Shown: positions 44,887 to 54,043 of the stretch, one piece after another
Position numbering within the stretch: position 1 is the first letter of the stretch
Layout of the letters: each line of letters starts with the position of its first letter
Assembly: GCA_021298195.1 (NCBI GenBank)
Contig: JAJTEQ010000001.1
Location: forward strand, 102,110-166,109
Source: Ilumatobacteraceae bacterium
GTDB lineage: Bacteria; Actinomycetota; Acidimicrobiia; Acidimicrobiales; Ilumatobacteraceae
DNA length: 64,000 bases
Direction of reading: 5' to 3'
Made by a program: the position numbers and the translations under genes
The notes under the pieces: generated by a model
The model's database searches: none
What the model was told of the DNA's origin: nothing
Seen by the model: the letters and a program-made list of their open reading frames with translations, nothing else

Positions 44887-47175
44887 TCACTGAGCAGGGG
44901 CGATGTCGACCGGGATGCCGTTCAGCACCGAGGTGCCCGAGAGCGGATCCAGGGCCCGATCATCGCTGAGGATGTTCGAATTCACCCCCGCTCGGCCCGC
45001 GGCCACCGCCATCTTGATGCCCGGGGACGAGTGACCCCAGCCGTGGGGCAGGCTCACCACCCCGGGACGAATGTCGGTCGTGATTTCGACCGGCGCGATC
45101 ACGCTTCCGACGCGCGACGAGATTGTTGCAAGTGCATCATTCTCGAGACCGAGTCGTTCGGCGTCCGTCGGGTGCATCTGCAACGAACAATCCATCGAGC
45201 CCTTCATCAAGACGCCGATGTTGTGCATCCACGAATTGTTCGACTTCAGATGTCGACGTCCGACCAACACCATCGAGCGAGAAGTCAATCCGTCGATCGC
45301 ATCACGCAAACGCGCGACGTCGGCGACCAAAGGTTCGGGGGCCAACTCCACCTTGCCCGTTCGCGTGCGCAACGCCTCGGGCAATCGCTCCCCCAAGGCG
45401 CCGAAGTCGACACCGTGCGGATTCGCGAGCAACAGATCGAGACTCGCTCCACCCGGATTCGCTCCGAAGGCCGCGCCATACGGGCCGGTTTGCAGCATCA
45501 GATCCAACATGCGCGCGGGCCCGCGTCGGCCCGACGCGTCGAGAGCCGCTCGGATCTCGTTCGCGTCACGACCGTGAACGGGAGAGGACGCGTCCGACAC
45601 CGCGGAACGAACGAGACTCTCGATCCCTTGGTCGTCGGCGACCGCCGCATCAGCGTCGGGACCGAGACCCGCGGCGATCAATCCGAGTTTGGCCAGGATC
45701 TCCCACTCGTCGGGCTGGCCCTCGTCGCGAGCGAGCACCGGTTCGCTGTAGTTCGCCACGTTGCGCACCGCGTATTGCAACAAGAACACGTCGTAGTGAT
45801 CGCGCTGCAACTGCGACGGTGGAGGAAGAATCACGTCGGCGTGACGCGTGGTCTCGTTCAGATAGATGTCGACGCTGATCATCAACTCCAACTCGTCCAA
45901 CGCCGCGTCCAACTGCGTCGAGTGGGGTGTCGACAACACCGGGTTGCCGGCCACGGTGATCAAGGCTCGAATGGAATCATCGCCCGCGTCGGTGATCTCC
46001 TCGGCCAACGCCGCCACCGGGTACTCCCCCATCACCTCGGGGTAGCCCGACACCTTCGTCCGTCCGCCCCCACGTCCGATGCGAAAGCCCGAGCCCTTGC
46101 CTCCGGCCCCCTTGGTGGTGGGACTACCGAGCGCGGGCTTGGTGAACATCACACCACCGGGGCGATCGAGATTGCCCGTGAGCGTGTTCACTACGTCGAT
46201 CAACCAACTGGCGGTGGTGCCGAATTCGGTGGTGGTCGTGCCGATGCGTCCGTACACCGCGGCCGACGGCGCGGCGGCCAGCTCGTGGGCAATGCGGCGG
46301 ATGACCTCGGCATCGATTCCGGTGGCGGCCGACACGGCCTCGGGCGAGAATTCCTCACTGGCCGATCTCATCTCGTCGATACCGGCGACCAACGACGCCA
46401 GGCGAGCAGGAACTCGCACCAGCCCGTCGGCGAACAGAACGTTCACGATCGCCATCAGGAACAGGGCATCGGAACCGGGACGAATGGCCAACCATTCATC
46501 GGACTCCTCGGCGGTCTTGGTCCGACGGGGGTCGGCCACCACCACCTTTCCTCCGCGCGAACGAATGGCCTGCAGACGTCCCGGGAAGTCCGGGGCGGTG
46601 CACAGACTTCCGTTGGACGCGTACGGGTTGGCCCCCAGCATCAACAGGTAATCCGTGCGATCCAGATCCGGAACCGTCACGCTGGCTCCGGTTCCGAACA
46701 TGTATCCACTGGCCACTTGCTTGGGCAACTGGTCCACCGTCGATGCGCTGTACCGGTTGTGGGTGCCCAGGCCGATCAACATCGAGCGGTTGTACAGCAT
46801 CGCCGACAACGAGTGCGCGCTCGGATTGCCCAAGTAGACCGCCACCGCTTCTCGTCCGCGACGTTCGATCACGTCCTGCAGTCGACCGGCCACTTCGGCC
46901 CAGGCCTCGTCCCACTCCACCTCGACGTGCACGCCGTTGCGCTTCACGAGCGGTTTGCGGAGACGATCCGGATCCTCATGGAGCTGCTTGAGCGCCGACC
47001 CCTTCGGGCAGATGAACCCGTGCGAGAACACGTCATCCATGTCGCCGCGAATGCGACCGACGGATTCGCCACGATCGGTGATCGTGACGGTGATCTCGAG
47101 ACCACATCCGGCTTCGCAGAGGGGACACGTGCGATACGCGGTTCGGGTGCGGTCGGAATCGGTGGTGTCGTTCAC
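44887..47175 (-). CDS. molybdopterin-dependent oxidoreductase (FdhF/anaerobic-dehydrogenase-like, Cys type)
   Basis: N-terminal 4Fe-4S motif CPLCEAGCGL...FICPKG. 762 aa with MopB-like length and layout. The ligand position is Cys, and there is no in-frame TGA. Confidence 0.85.
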   Translation of the reverse strand: MNDTTDSDRTRTAYRTCPLCEAGCGLEITVTITDRGESVGRIRGDMDDVFSHGFICPKGSALKQLHEDPDRLRKPLVKRNGVHVEVEWDEAWAEVAGRLQDVIERRGREAVAVYLGNPSAHSLSAMLYNRSMLIGLGTHNRYSASTVDQLPKQVASGYMFGTGASVTVPDLDRTDYLLMLGANPYASNGSLCTAPDFPGRLQAIRSRGGKVVVADPRRTKTAEESDEWLAIRPGSDALFLMAIVNVLFADGLVRVPARLASLVAGIDEMRSASEEFSPEAVSAATGIDAEVIRRIAHELAAAPSAAVYGRIGTTTTEFGTTASWLIDVVNTLTGNLDRPGGVMFTKPALGSPTTKGAGGKGSGFRIGRGGGRTKVSGYPEVMGEYPVAALAEEITDAGDDSIRALITVAGNPVLSTPHSTQLDAALDELELMISVDIYLNETTRHADVILPPPSQLQRDHYDVFLLQYAVRNVANYSEPVLARDEGQPDEWEILAKLGLIAAGLGPDADAAVADDQGIESLVRSAVSDASSPVHGRDANEIRAALDASGRRGPARMLDLMLQTGPYGAAFGANPGGASLDLLLANPHGVDFGALGERLPEALRTRTGKVELAPEPLVADVARLRDAIDGLTSRSMVLVGRRHLKSNNSWMHNIGVLMKGSMDCSLQMHPTDAERLGLENDALATISSRVGSVIAPVEITTDIRPGVVSLPHGWGHSSPGIKMAVAAGRAGVNSNILSDDRALDPLSGTSVLNGIPVDIAPAQ

Positions 47176-47203
47176 GACCCGACTTTAGGTCGCCCCGGCC
47201 GGG

Positions 47204-47662
47204 TCAGACCACGGGCGACTTGTCGAGCAACGCCGCCTCACGCTGGAAGTCCTCGGCGGCATCGAAGTTCTTGTAGACGCTGGCGAAACGCATGTAGGCC
47301 ACCTCGTCGAGGGCCCGCAATCGATCCAGGACCGCCAACCCGATGCGAGTGGAGGGAATGTCGCCCCCGATCTGGCGCAGTTCGTCCTCGACCGAGTCGG
47401 CCAACGCATTGATGGCATCCTCGTCGATGGGGCGACCCTTACTGGCCGCGCGTACTCCGGAGGTCACCTTCACCCGATCGAACGGTTCGCGTCCACCGTT
47501 GGTTTTGGCGACCATCAACGGCACCTCGTCCACCCGCTCGAACGTGGTGAAACGATGGTTGCAGGCGGGACATTCGCGCCGGCGGCGGATGGCGGCCCCT
47601 TCCTCGGCCACGCGCGAATCCACCACTTTGGTGTCCTCGTGGCGGCAGATCACGCAACGCAT
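47204..47662 (-). CDS. nrdR: transcriptional repressor NrdR
   Basis: MRCVICRHEDTKVVDSRVAEEGAAIRRRRECPACNHRFTTFE zinc ribbon, followed by an ATP-cone. ATG 47662. Confidence 0.9.
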   Translation of the reverse strand: MRCVICRHEDTKVVDSRVAEEGAAIRRRRECPACNHRFTTFERVDEVPLMVAKTNGGREPFDRVKVTSGVRAASKGRPIDEDAINALADSVEDELRQIGGDIPSTRIGLAVLDRLRALDEVAYMRFASVYKNFDAAEDFQREAALLDKSPVV

Positions 47663-47738
47663 GTCGTTCAGAGTACCCGTCATGGCGGGCTCGCGTCCGT
47701 CGAACACGCGAACAAATACGTGTGACGTGACCGGTGAA

Positions 47739-48167
47739 TCAGCCTTCGGGGATCACCAAACGTTGGCCGACGGCGATCGATGCACCACCGTTGACGTCGA
47801 CCAGTTCGTTCACGAACGAGCCGATGTCACCGTCGGTGAGCGACGAGGCGATGGACCACAACGTGTCGCCGGGGCGCACCACGTAGAACCCCGCGCCTTG
47901 TCCGTACACCACAGGATCGATCATGGTCGCGTTCGATGCGGTGACCGAGAGCGGCGTCACCGTGGGGATGGAGGCAGTCGCATCCCCACGGCTCGCCAGG
48001 GCACGGACGCCGAGGCAGGCGGCGGCCGCGACACTGAGTCCGATGAGCGCCACCATCAATCGGCGGCGCAGGTACACCTCATGGGCCTCCCGGCGACGAC
48101 CCGCGGCGGGGGTGATGTCACGGGAGTGGATCTCGATCACGTAGCGGGGGTCAAGGGCCAGGGCCAT
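47739..48167 (-). CDS. LysM-domain membrane protein (ChiZ/Rv2719c-like by architecture and synteny)
   Basis: Basic N-terminus, one TM (LMVALIGLSVAAAACLGV) and a C-terminal LysM (YVVRPGDTLWSIASSL...). Divergent from lexA. AAAGGA SD. Confidence 0.7.
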   Translation of the reverse strand: MALALDPRYVIEIHSRDITPAAGRRREAHEVYLRRRLMVALIGLSVAAAACLGVRALASRGDATASIPTVTPLSVTASNATMIDPVVYGQGAGFYVVRPGDTLWSIASSLTDGDIGSFVNELVDVNGGASIAVGQRLVIPEG

Positions 48168-48298
48168 GGGAGTCGTCCTTTCGGTCGGTGGTGGTTGGTG
48201 GTGGTTGGTCGGCGTGGTTCGGGTGTTGTGCGACGGTTGTGGCGTCGGTCGTGTTCTCGACCTGTTCTCACCGTGCCAACGGGGTGTGGCACGGTTTC

Positions 48299-48310
48299 AA
48301 ACAGATGTTC
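48299..48310. promoter_or_regulatory. LexA (SOS) box, degenerate
   Basis: AAACAGATGTTC versus the actinobacterial core GAAC-N4-GTTC. Confidence 0.4.
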
Positions 48311-48329
48311 GCAACACGGGTGTCATTAA

Positions 48330-48341
48330 GAACAGGTGTTC
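48330..48341. promoter_or_regulatory. LexA (SOS) box
   Basis: GAACAGGTGTTC, a perfect GAAC-N4-GTTC. Confidence 0.75.
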
Positions 48342-48361
48342 GCTTAATGGCACACTATGGA

Positions 48362-48373
48362 GAACACCTGTTC
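48362..48373. promoter_or_regulatory. LexA (SOS) box
   Basis: GAACACCTGTTC, a perfect GAAC-N4-GTTC. Confidence 0.75.
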
Positions 48374-48430
48374 GGTGTCAACCCTTCCCTGCTCCGGGGC
48401 CCAAAATGCCCTCGTGAGCAGGCATACTAC

Positions 48431-48442
48431 GAACAGGTGTTT
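48431..48442. promoter_or_regulatory. LexA (SOS) box overlapping the lexA -35
   Basis: GAACAGGTGTTT (one mismatch), running into TTGACT. Confidence 0.55.
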
Positions 48443-48469
48443 GACTCGAGGGGCGAACACCCGTACGAT
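48441..48469 (+). promoter_or_regulatory. putative lexA promoter (leaderless transcript)
   Basis: TTGACT (48441..48446), 17 nt spacer, TACGAT (48464..48469). The ATG at 48476 lies 6 nt after the -10, and there is no SD. Confidence 0.45.
48455..48466. promoter_or_regulatory. LexA (SOS) box-like, in the lexA promoter spacer
   Basis: GAACACCCGTAC (two mismatches in the right half). Confidence 0.35.
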
Positions 48470-48475
48470 GAGGCC

Positions 48476-49132
48476 ATGACCGACGCCCGTAAGAGCTCCC
48501 CCACCTCGTCCGCCCTCACCGCCCGTCAGCGGGGCATCCTGGAATGCATCGAATCCAGCATGGCCACCCGGGGATTTCCGCCCTCGGTCCGTGAGATCGG
48601 TGAGGCCGTCGGGCTGACGTCGCCCTCCACCGTTCACAACCACCTGAGCACCCTGCAGAAGTTGGGCTTTCTCGAGCGCGACCCCAATCTGCCCCGCGCC
48701 ATCAAGGTCTGCTGGGACCGCAACAGTGGCGCCAAGATCGAGCGGGCCCGCGTCCACCACGTGCCCCTCGTCGGCGACGTGGCCGCCGGCACCGACGTGC
48801 TGGCGCAACAGAACGTCGAAGATCTGCTTCCGCTCCCGGCTGACTTCACCGGTGACGGCGAACTGTTCATGTTGCGCGTGCGCGGCGAATCGATGATCGA
48901 CGCCGGCATCCTCGACGGCGACTACGTGGTCGCACGCCAACAAGCATCGGCCGACAACGGCGACATCGTCGTGGCGGGCATCCCCGGCGACGAGGCCACC
49001 GTCAAGACGTTCAGTCGTCGTGGTAACACCATCGTCTTGAAGCCGGCCAACGAGCGCCTCTCGCCGATGGAGTTCGATGCCGACGACGTCCGCGTCTTCG
49101 GCAAGGTCGTCACGGTTCTGCGTCGACTCTGA
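48476..49132 (+). CDS. lexA: LexA repressor
   Basis: LTARQRGILECIESSMATRGFPPSVREIGEAVGLTSPSTVHNHL wHTH. S24 peptidase text: MLRVRGESMIDAGILDGDYVV, KTF. The upstream part of ORF 48188.. is not credible. Confidence 0.9.
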   Translation: MTDARKSSPTSSALTARQRGILECIESSMATRGFPPSVREIGEAVGLTSPSTVHNHLSTLQKLGFLERDPNLPRAIKVCWDRNSGAKIERARVHHVPLVGDVAAGTDVLAQQNVEDLLPLPADFTGDGELFMLRVRGESMIDAGILDGDYVVARQQASADNGDIVVAGIPGDEATVKTFSRRGNTIVLKPANERLSPMEFDADDVRVFGKVVTVLRRL

Positions 49133-49174
49133 TCCCGTCCGACTCGCCGGCCATACGGGGCAGCGTTCAGCAGA

Positions 49175-49834
49175 TCACCGTTCAGGTGCTCGGTCCTCCG
49201 GTCGAGGCGGCGCCCACGTCAACGTCGGTTCATCGGTCGCCGTTCCGTAGGTGACCACCGGACCCGTGTTCACGGTGCGCCGACGGCGACGCACGGTGCC
49301 GATCAGGGCGATCGCCATCATCAGAAGTCCGATCAGCACACCGGCCACGGCGATCAGCACCAAACGATTCCTCTCCACGGCGACGTCGGGACCCACCGCC
49401 ACCACCGCCGAGGGGTCGCTCGATCGCACCTCGATGACGAAGGTGCCCGCTTCGGTCACCTCGACGCGAAGAATCGACTCGCCCACTCCCTCGGGCGTGC
49501 TGTACGACACCGAGTCATCGTCGTCGATCGCGCCACCCGTGCCGGATCCGTCGCGCACCTCCACGTCCACCTCGGGTGACACCTCCGACTCGTACGTGCG
49601 CGCCCCGTTGTCGCAACCCTCGATCGTTGCCACCCGCCCCTTGCGCTCGACGTAGACGAAGAAGGTTCCCGCCTCGGACACGTCGACGGTGGTGGCACAT
49701 CCGGCCGGCACGCGCACGAGGTCGGCCACCATGTTCTGGTTCTGTTCCACCCCACGAACGGCCGACACGAACGCCGCCACGGTGACACCGATGCCGAGCA
49801 ACCACAACAGCGCGTTGGCCCGCGCTCTCATCAC
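49175..49834 (-). CDS. hypothetical membrane protein (2 TM)
   Basis: N-terminal TM ALLWLLGIGVTVAAFVSAV, an acidic extracytoplasmic domain, then a second TM LIAVAGVLIGLLMMAIALIG followed by RRRRR. Its start (GTGATG) overlaps the dapC-like stop. Confidence 0.5.
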   Translation of the reverse strand: MMRARANALLWLLGIGVTVAAFVSAVRGVEQNQNMVADLVRVPAGCATTVDVSEAGTFFVYVERKGRVATIEGCDNGARTYESEVSPEVDVEVRDGSGTGGAIDDDDSVSYSTPEGVGESILRVEVTEAGTFVIEVRSSDPSAVVAVGPDVAVERNRLVLIAVAGVLIGLLMMAIALIGTVRRRRRTVNTGPVVTYGTATDEPTLTWAPPRPEDRAPER

Positions 49835-50955
49835 CGCACCCCGAGTCGAGTCGCCACGCGTTCGATGGTGTCGTCGGTCTGGACCACCGCGACGCGCACG
49901 AATCCGGCTCCCGCGGCTCCGTACAAATCACCGGGGCTCACCAGTGCGCCACCCTCCCGAGCCAATCGCTCCGTGAAGGCCCAGGCGTCGTCGACGGGGA
50001 ACCACAGATAGAAGCCACCATCGGGAAGTGGAACGTCGGTTCCCGACCATCGCGACAGGATCTGCGCCATGCGACGCAGACGCGCCAGATAACGATCGCG
50101 TTGCTCGGACACATGAGCGTCATCGTTCAACGCCGCCACGGCGGCGGCTTGGGCCGGGCCGGGCACCATCATGCCCACGTGCTTGCGCACCTCGCCGAGG
50201 TAATGAACGAGATCGGGATCGCCGGCGTACGCACCCACGCGCAGACCGGCCAGATTCGAGCGTTTCGACAGTGAGTGCACCGCGATCACCCCGTCGGATC
50301 CGTGCTGCAGGATCGATCGGGCCGGCGATGCCCACGTGAACTCGGCGTAGCACTCGTCGCTGAACACCGGCACGCCCTTCGAACGACCCCACGTGGCGGC
50401 CGCCTCGAGGTCGTCCAATGCTCCGGTGGGATTGGACGGACTGTTCACCCACAACAACAACGCCCGAGCGGCGTCGGCGTCGCTGATGGCGTCGAGGTCG
50501 ACACCACCGCGGGCGTTCATGGGAACCGCGACCGCACGACAGCCGGCCAACGTGGCCCCCATCTCGTAGGTCGGATACGCGATCGACGGGTACAAGACGG
50601 TGTCGAGCCACGGCGAACGCAACTTCATCCACTGGGGCAAGGTGCCCACGAACTCTTTGGTGCCGATGCAGGCCGCGATGGCCGAGGTCGGAACGTCGAC
50701 CGCGAAACGACGGTTCATCCACTCCGAGAACGCCCGGCGCAAGGGCTCGTTACCCACCGACGGCGGATACCCGCGTTCGGAGTTACTGGCGGCCAGCGCG
50801 GCCACCACCGACGCCGGAGGCGGGTCGCACGGGGTGCCGATGGACAGATCCACGAGCCCGCCCTCGAACGCGGAACCCAACGGCTTGAACGAATCGAGGC
50901 GCTCGTAGGGGTACGGCGGGGGCTCGAAACCACGACGTTCTTCGGCGGGATTCAT
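49831..50955 (-). CDS. PLP-dependent aminotransferase (succinyldiaminopimelate transaminase DapC-like)
   Basis: MNPAEERRGFEPPPYPYERLD...LVDLSIGTPCDPPP...YPPSVG, and SLSKRSNLAGLRVG (PLP lysine). ATG 50955. Confidence 0.75.
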   Translation of the reverse strand: MNPAEERRGFEPPPYPYERLDSFKPLGSAFEGGLVDLSIGTPCDPPPASVVAALAASNSERGYPPSVGNEPLRRAFSEWMNRRFAVDVPTSAIAACIGTKEFVGTLPQWMKLRSPWLDTVLYPSIAYPTYEMGATLAGCRAVAVPMNARGGVDLDAISDADAARALLLWVNSPSNPTGALDDLEAAATWGRSKGVPVFSDECYAEFTWASPARSILQHGSDGVIAVHSLSKRSNLAGLRVGAYAGDPDLVHYLGEVRKHVGMMVPGPAQAAAVAALNDDAHVSEQRDRYLARLRRMAQILSRWSGTDVPLPDGGFYLWFPVDDAWAFTERLAREGGALVSPGDLYGAAGAGFVRVAVVQTDDTIERVATRLGVR

Positions 50956-50983
50956 GATCCGCCCATAGTAGGCGGGCTCGGGC

Positions 50984-52294
50984 TCACCGACCCACGACGA
51001 ACTCGACCAAACGACCCGCCGATGCGTCGGCCAGACGTGCGCGTACCCGCACACCGTCTTCCTCGTGGGTCGTGGACACCACCTCGCCCTCTCGATGAAT
51101 GGCGGCCAGGACGTCGCCACGTTCGTACGGCACCAGAAGCTCGACCACCGTGCTGAGCGAGCGAAGCCGGTCGGACAACGTCTGCAGGAATCCGTCGATG
51201 CCGGTTCCTGCGTGCGCACTGATCCCCACCGACCCGGGATGCCACGTCACCGCATCGGCGACCGCTTGCGGATCGAGGTCGGCTTTGTTGAACACCAGCA
51301 ATTCGGGAACGGCCTCGGCGCCGATCTCGCGCAACACCTCGCGCACCGCATCGATTTGTCCGTCGGGATCGGGTCCGCTGCCGTCGACGACGTGAACCAG
51401 GTAGTCCGCCCGCGTGGCCACTTCGAGCGTGCTCTTGAACGATTCCACCAAACCGTGCGGAAGTCGCCGCACGAAACCCACCGTGTCCGTGAGCAGCACC
51501 GGTTCACCTCCGGGCAACGAGAGTCGGCGCGTGGTCGGGTCGAGCGTGGCGAACAGACGGTCCTCCACCAACACCCCGGCATTGGTGAGCCGATTGAGGA
51601 GCGTGCTCTTCCCGGCGTTGGTGTACCCGACGATCACCACGTTGGCCAGACCACTGCGCGAGCGTCCCTTGCGTTGGAGATCGCGGGTGTGACCCAACTC
51701 CACCAATTCATGTTCCAATCGCGAGATGCGATTCTTGATGCGACGGCGGTCGACCTCGAGTTTGGTTTCACCGCTACCGAAACGCGAGCCGACTCCACCA
51801 CGCTGCTGCGAGAGCTTCGCGTTCGCGCCGCGACGCAAACGAGGAAGTCGATAGCGCAACAGAGCCAGTTCCACTTGGGCCTTGCCCTCCAGGGTGTGGG
51901 CGTTCTGGGCGAAGATGTCGAGGATCACGGCCGTGCGATCGATCGCGGTTCGCCCGAGCAACTTCTCCAGGTTGTACTGCTGACCGGGCGAGAGTTCGTT
52001 GTCGAACACCACCGTGTCGGCGTCGACCGCCAGGCACAGATCACGCAGCTCCTCCGCCTTGCCCTTGCCGACGTACCACGTGTGATCCGGCGTGTCGCGA
52101 CGTTGTACCAACCGTCCGGCCACGTCGGCGCCGGCGGTGTCGATCAACAACGCCAATTCGTCGAGACTCGCCTCGGTCTCCTCGTCGTCGTGTCCGTCCA
52201 ACGTGACCCCGACGATGACGATCTTCTCGCGGACCGAGCGCTCGATGAGCGTCTGGCCCAACGCCTGGTTGTACGGGGAATTCGGGTTGCTCAC
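50984..52294 (-). CDS. hflX: GTPase HflX
   Basis: HflX N-domain (GKGKAEEL, RLPRL). G motifs VGYTNAGKST, DTVGF and NKAD. GTG 52294 overlaps the dapF stop (GTGA). Confidence 0.85.
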   Translation of the reverse strand: MSNPNSPYNQALGQTLIERSVREKIVIVGVTLDGHDDEETEASLDELALLIDTAGADVAGRLVQRRDTPDHTWYVGKGKAEELRDLCLAVDADTVVFDNELSPGQQYNLEKLLGRTAIDRTAVILDIFAQNAHTLEGKAQVELALLRYRLPRLRRGANAKLSQQRGGVGSRFGSGETKLEVDRRRIKNRISRLEHELVELGHTRDLQRKGRSRSGLANVVIVGYTNAGKSTLLNRLTNAGVLVEDRLFATLDPTTRRLSLPGGEPVLLTDTVGFVRRLPHGLVESFKSTLEVATRADYLVHVVDGSGPDPDGQIDAVREVLREIGAEAVPELLVFNKADLDPQAVADAVTWHPGSVGISAHAGTGIDGFLQTLSDRLRSLSTVVELLVPYERGDVLAAIHREGEVVSTTHEEDGVRVRARLADASAGRLVEFVVGR

Positions 52295-53100
52295 GTCGCA
52301 ACCGTGACCGAGGCGACGAAGGTGGCCTCGGCGATCAGGGTGATGCGACGACTCTCTCGTTCCACCACGACCCGAGCATCGCCTCCGTCCATGTGCACCA
52401 ACACCTCGGGTGTGGACGCCGGCACCAGACCCCACGCAACCGCGGCTTCGGCGGCGGCACACGCCCCGGTGCCGCACGCCATGGTGATTCCGGCGCCACG
52501 TTCGTGCACCCGCATGGTGATGGCGTGCGGTTCGGGACCGGGCTCGATGATCTCCAGGTTTACGTGGGGCACGAGCGACCCGAGGGCCAGCAGATCGACG
52601 GCACGGACGTCGTCCACCCCGACGACCGAGTGCGGGTTGCCGAGCGACGTGTGCCGCACGGGGCGATCGGGATGGCACTGCAGTGCGGCCCAGTCGAGGG
52701 GTTCGATCAGATCCGACGCCGAACCCATGTCGACGCTCAGCAGATGCGTGCTCTCGTCGAGCCGACGGACCACTGTCACGAGTCGCTCACCGGCATCGGT
52801 GTCGACCCGATACTCGACACCGTCGGGACCATCGTGATGCGCGGCCTGCACCAGACACCGGATGCCGTTCCCGCTCATTTCGGCACGACTTCCATCGGCG
52901 TTGTACAACGTCATTCCGAGCCGGGTGGGGGACTTGCGCTCGAGCAACAGCAAACCGTCGGCGCCCACGCCCGTGCGTCGATCGCACCATGTGCGAGCAC
53001 GATCGACCCACGCGGTGGCCGAGGCGCTCTCGCCCGACTCGATCTCGGCGACGAGGAAGTCGTTGCCGAGACCGTGGTGCTTGGTGAGACGGCGATGCAT
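52291..53100 (-). CDS. dapF: diaminopimelate epimerase
   Basis: LTKHHGLGNDFLV, NADGSRAEMSGNGIRC and ERGAGITMACGTGACAA (two catalytic Cys). Confidence 0.9.
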   Translation of the reverse strand: MHRRLTKHHGLGNDFLVAEIESGESASATAWVDRARTWCDRRTGVGADGLLLLERKSPTRLGMTLYNADGSRAEMSGNGIRCLVQAAHHDGPDGVEYRVDTDAGERLVTVVRRLDESTHLLSVDMGSASDLIEPLDWAALQCHPDRPVRHTSLGNPHSVVGVDDVRAVDLLALGSLVPHVNLEIIEPGPEPHAITMRVHERGAGITMACGTGACAAAEAAVAWGLVPASTPEVLVHMDGGDARVVVERESRRITLIAEATFVASVTVAT

Positions 53101-53112
53101 ACCGACTCCACC

Positions 53113-54036
53113 TTAGGTCAGGGAGGCGACGAGGGCGGGGGCGACTTCCGTAACCGGATCGGCTTCCACCCTCATCCATTCGACCCGCGGGTCGCGACGG
53201 AACCAGCGCTCCTGCCTCACGGCGAACTGCCGCGTGCGCCGGATCGTGGTGGCCACGGCCTCGTCCAGCGACGCACGACCCTCGAGGTGATCGACCATCT
53301 CCTTGTAGCCGAGGGCCTGCATCGCCGTGCGCGACATCCCCCGTGCCAAGAGATCCGCCACTTCGGCGACCAATCCCCGATCCATCATGTCGTGCACCCG
53401 ACGTTCGATGCGTTCGGCCAGGACCGCGCGATCCCACTGCAGTGCCACCTGCCGAACGGTGCTGACGGGATAGGTGTCGACGCCGGGACCGAACGACGAG
53501 AACGGTCGGCCACTCCCCTCGCACACCTCGAGGGCGCGCACGATACGACGTCCGTTCGAGGGTTCCATCTTCGACGCCGCCGTGGGATCCCGTTCGACGA
53601 GACGACGATGAAGCCCCTCGGGACCCTCCGCCGCGAGTTCACGCTCCAGCCGCGCACGAACATCGGGCCATTGTCCGGGAATGTCCAGTTCGTCGACCAC
53701 GGCCCGCAGATACAACCCCGTTCCCCCCACGAAAACGGGGGTGCCACCACGGCTTTCGATGTCGCGCACGGCTCGCTCGCTCTCGGCCTGGAAACGCGCG
53801 ACCGTGAACGACTCCGACGCATCGACCACGTCGATCAGGTGATGGGGCACGCTCGCTCGCTCGTCGACCGTGGGCTTGGCTGTTCCGATGTCCATCCCGC
53901 GGTACACCTGCATCGCGTCGACCGACAACAACTCGACACCATGCCTTCGACCCGCCTCGGACGCGGCGACCGCCATGGCCACCGCCGACTTCCCGCTGGC
54001 CGTCGGGCCGAGAATGGCCAAACGGGAACCGGTCAC
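53113..54036 (-). CDS. miaA: tRNA dimethylallyltransferase
   Basis: LAILGPTASGKSAVAMAVA P-loop, DAMQVYRGMDIGTAKP, PHHLID. GTG 54036. Confidence 0.85.
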   Translation of the reverse strand: MTGSRLAILGPTASGKSAVAMAVAASEAGRRHGVELLSVDAMQVYRGMDIGTAKPTVDERASVPHHLIDVVDASESFTVARFQAESERAVRDIESRGGTPVFVGGTGLYLRAVVDELDIPGQWPDVRARLERELAAEGPEGLHRRLVERDPTAASKMEPSNGRRIVRALEVCEGSGRPFSSFGPGVDTYPVSTVRQVALQWDRAVLAERIERRVHDMMDRGLVAEVADLLARGMSRTAMQALGYKEMVDHLEGRASLDEAVATTIRRTRQFAVRQERWFRRDPRVEWMRVEADPVTEVAPALVASLT

Positions 54037-54043
54037 CGCACGC

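Noticed and set aside
44836-47412. 858-aa plus-strand ORF
   Set aside because: Antisense to the molybdopterin oxidoreductase and nrdR, with no recognisable domains.
47663-47738. ACACG-N11-CGTGT inverted repeat upstream of nrdR, as an NrdR or LexA box
   Set aside because: The spacing does not fit the 16-bp NrdR box (ACAC-N8-GTGT) or GAAC-N4-GTTC. It may be an unrelated operator or chance.
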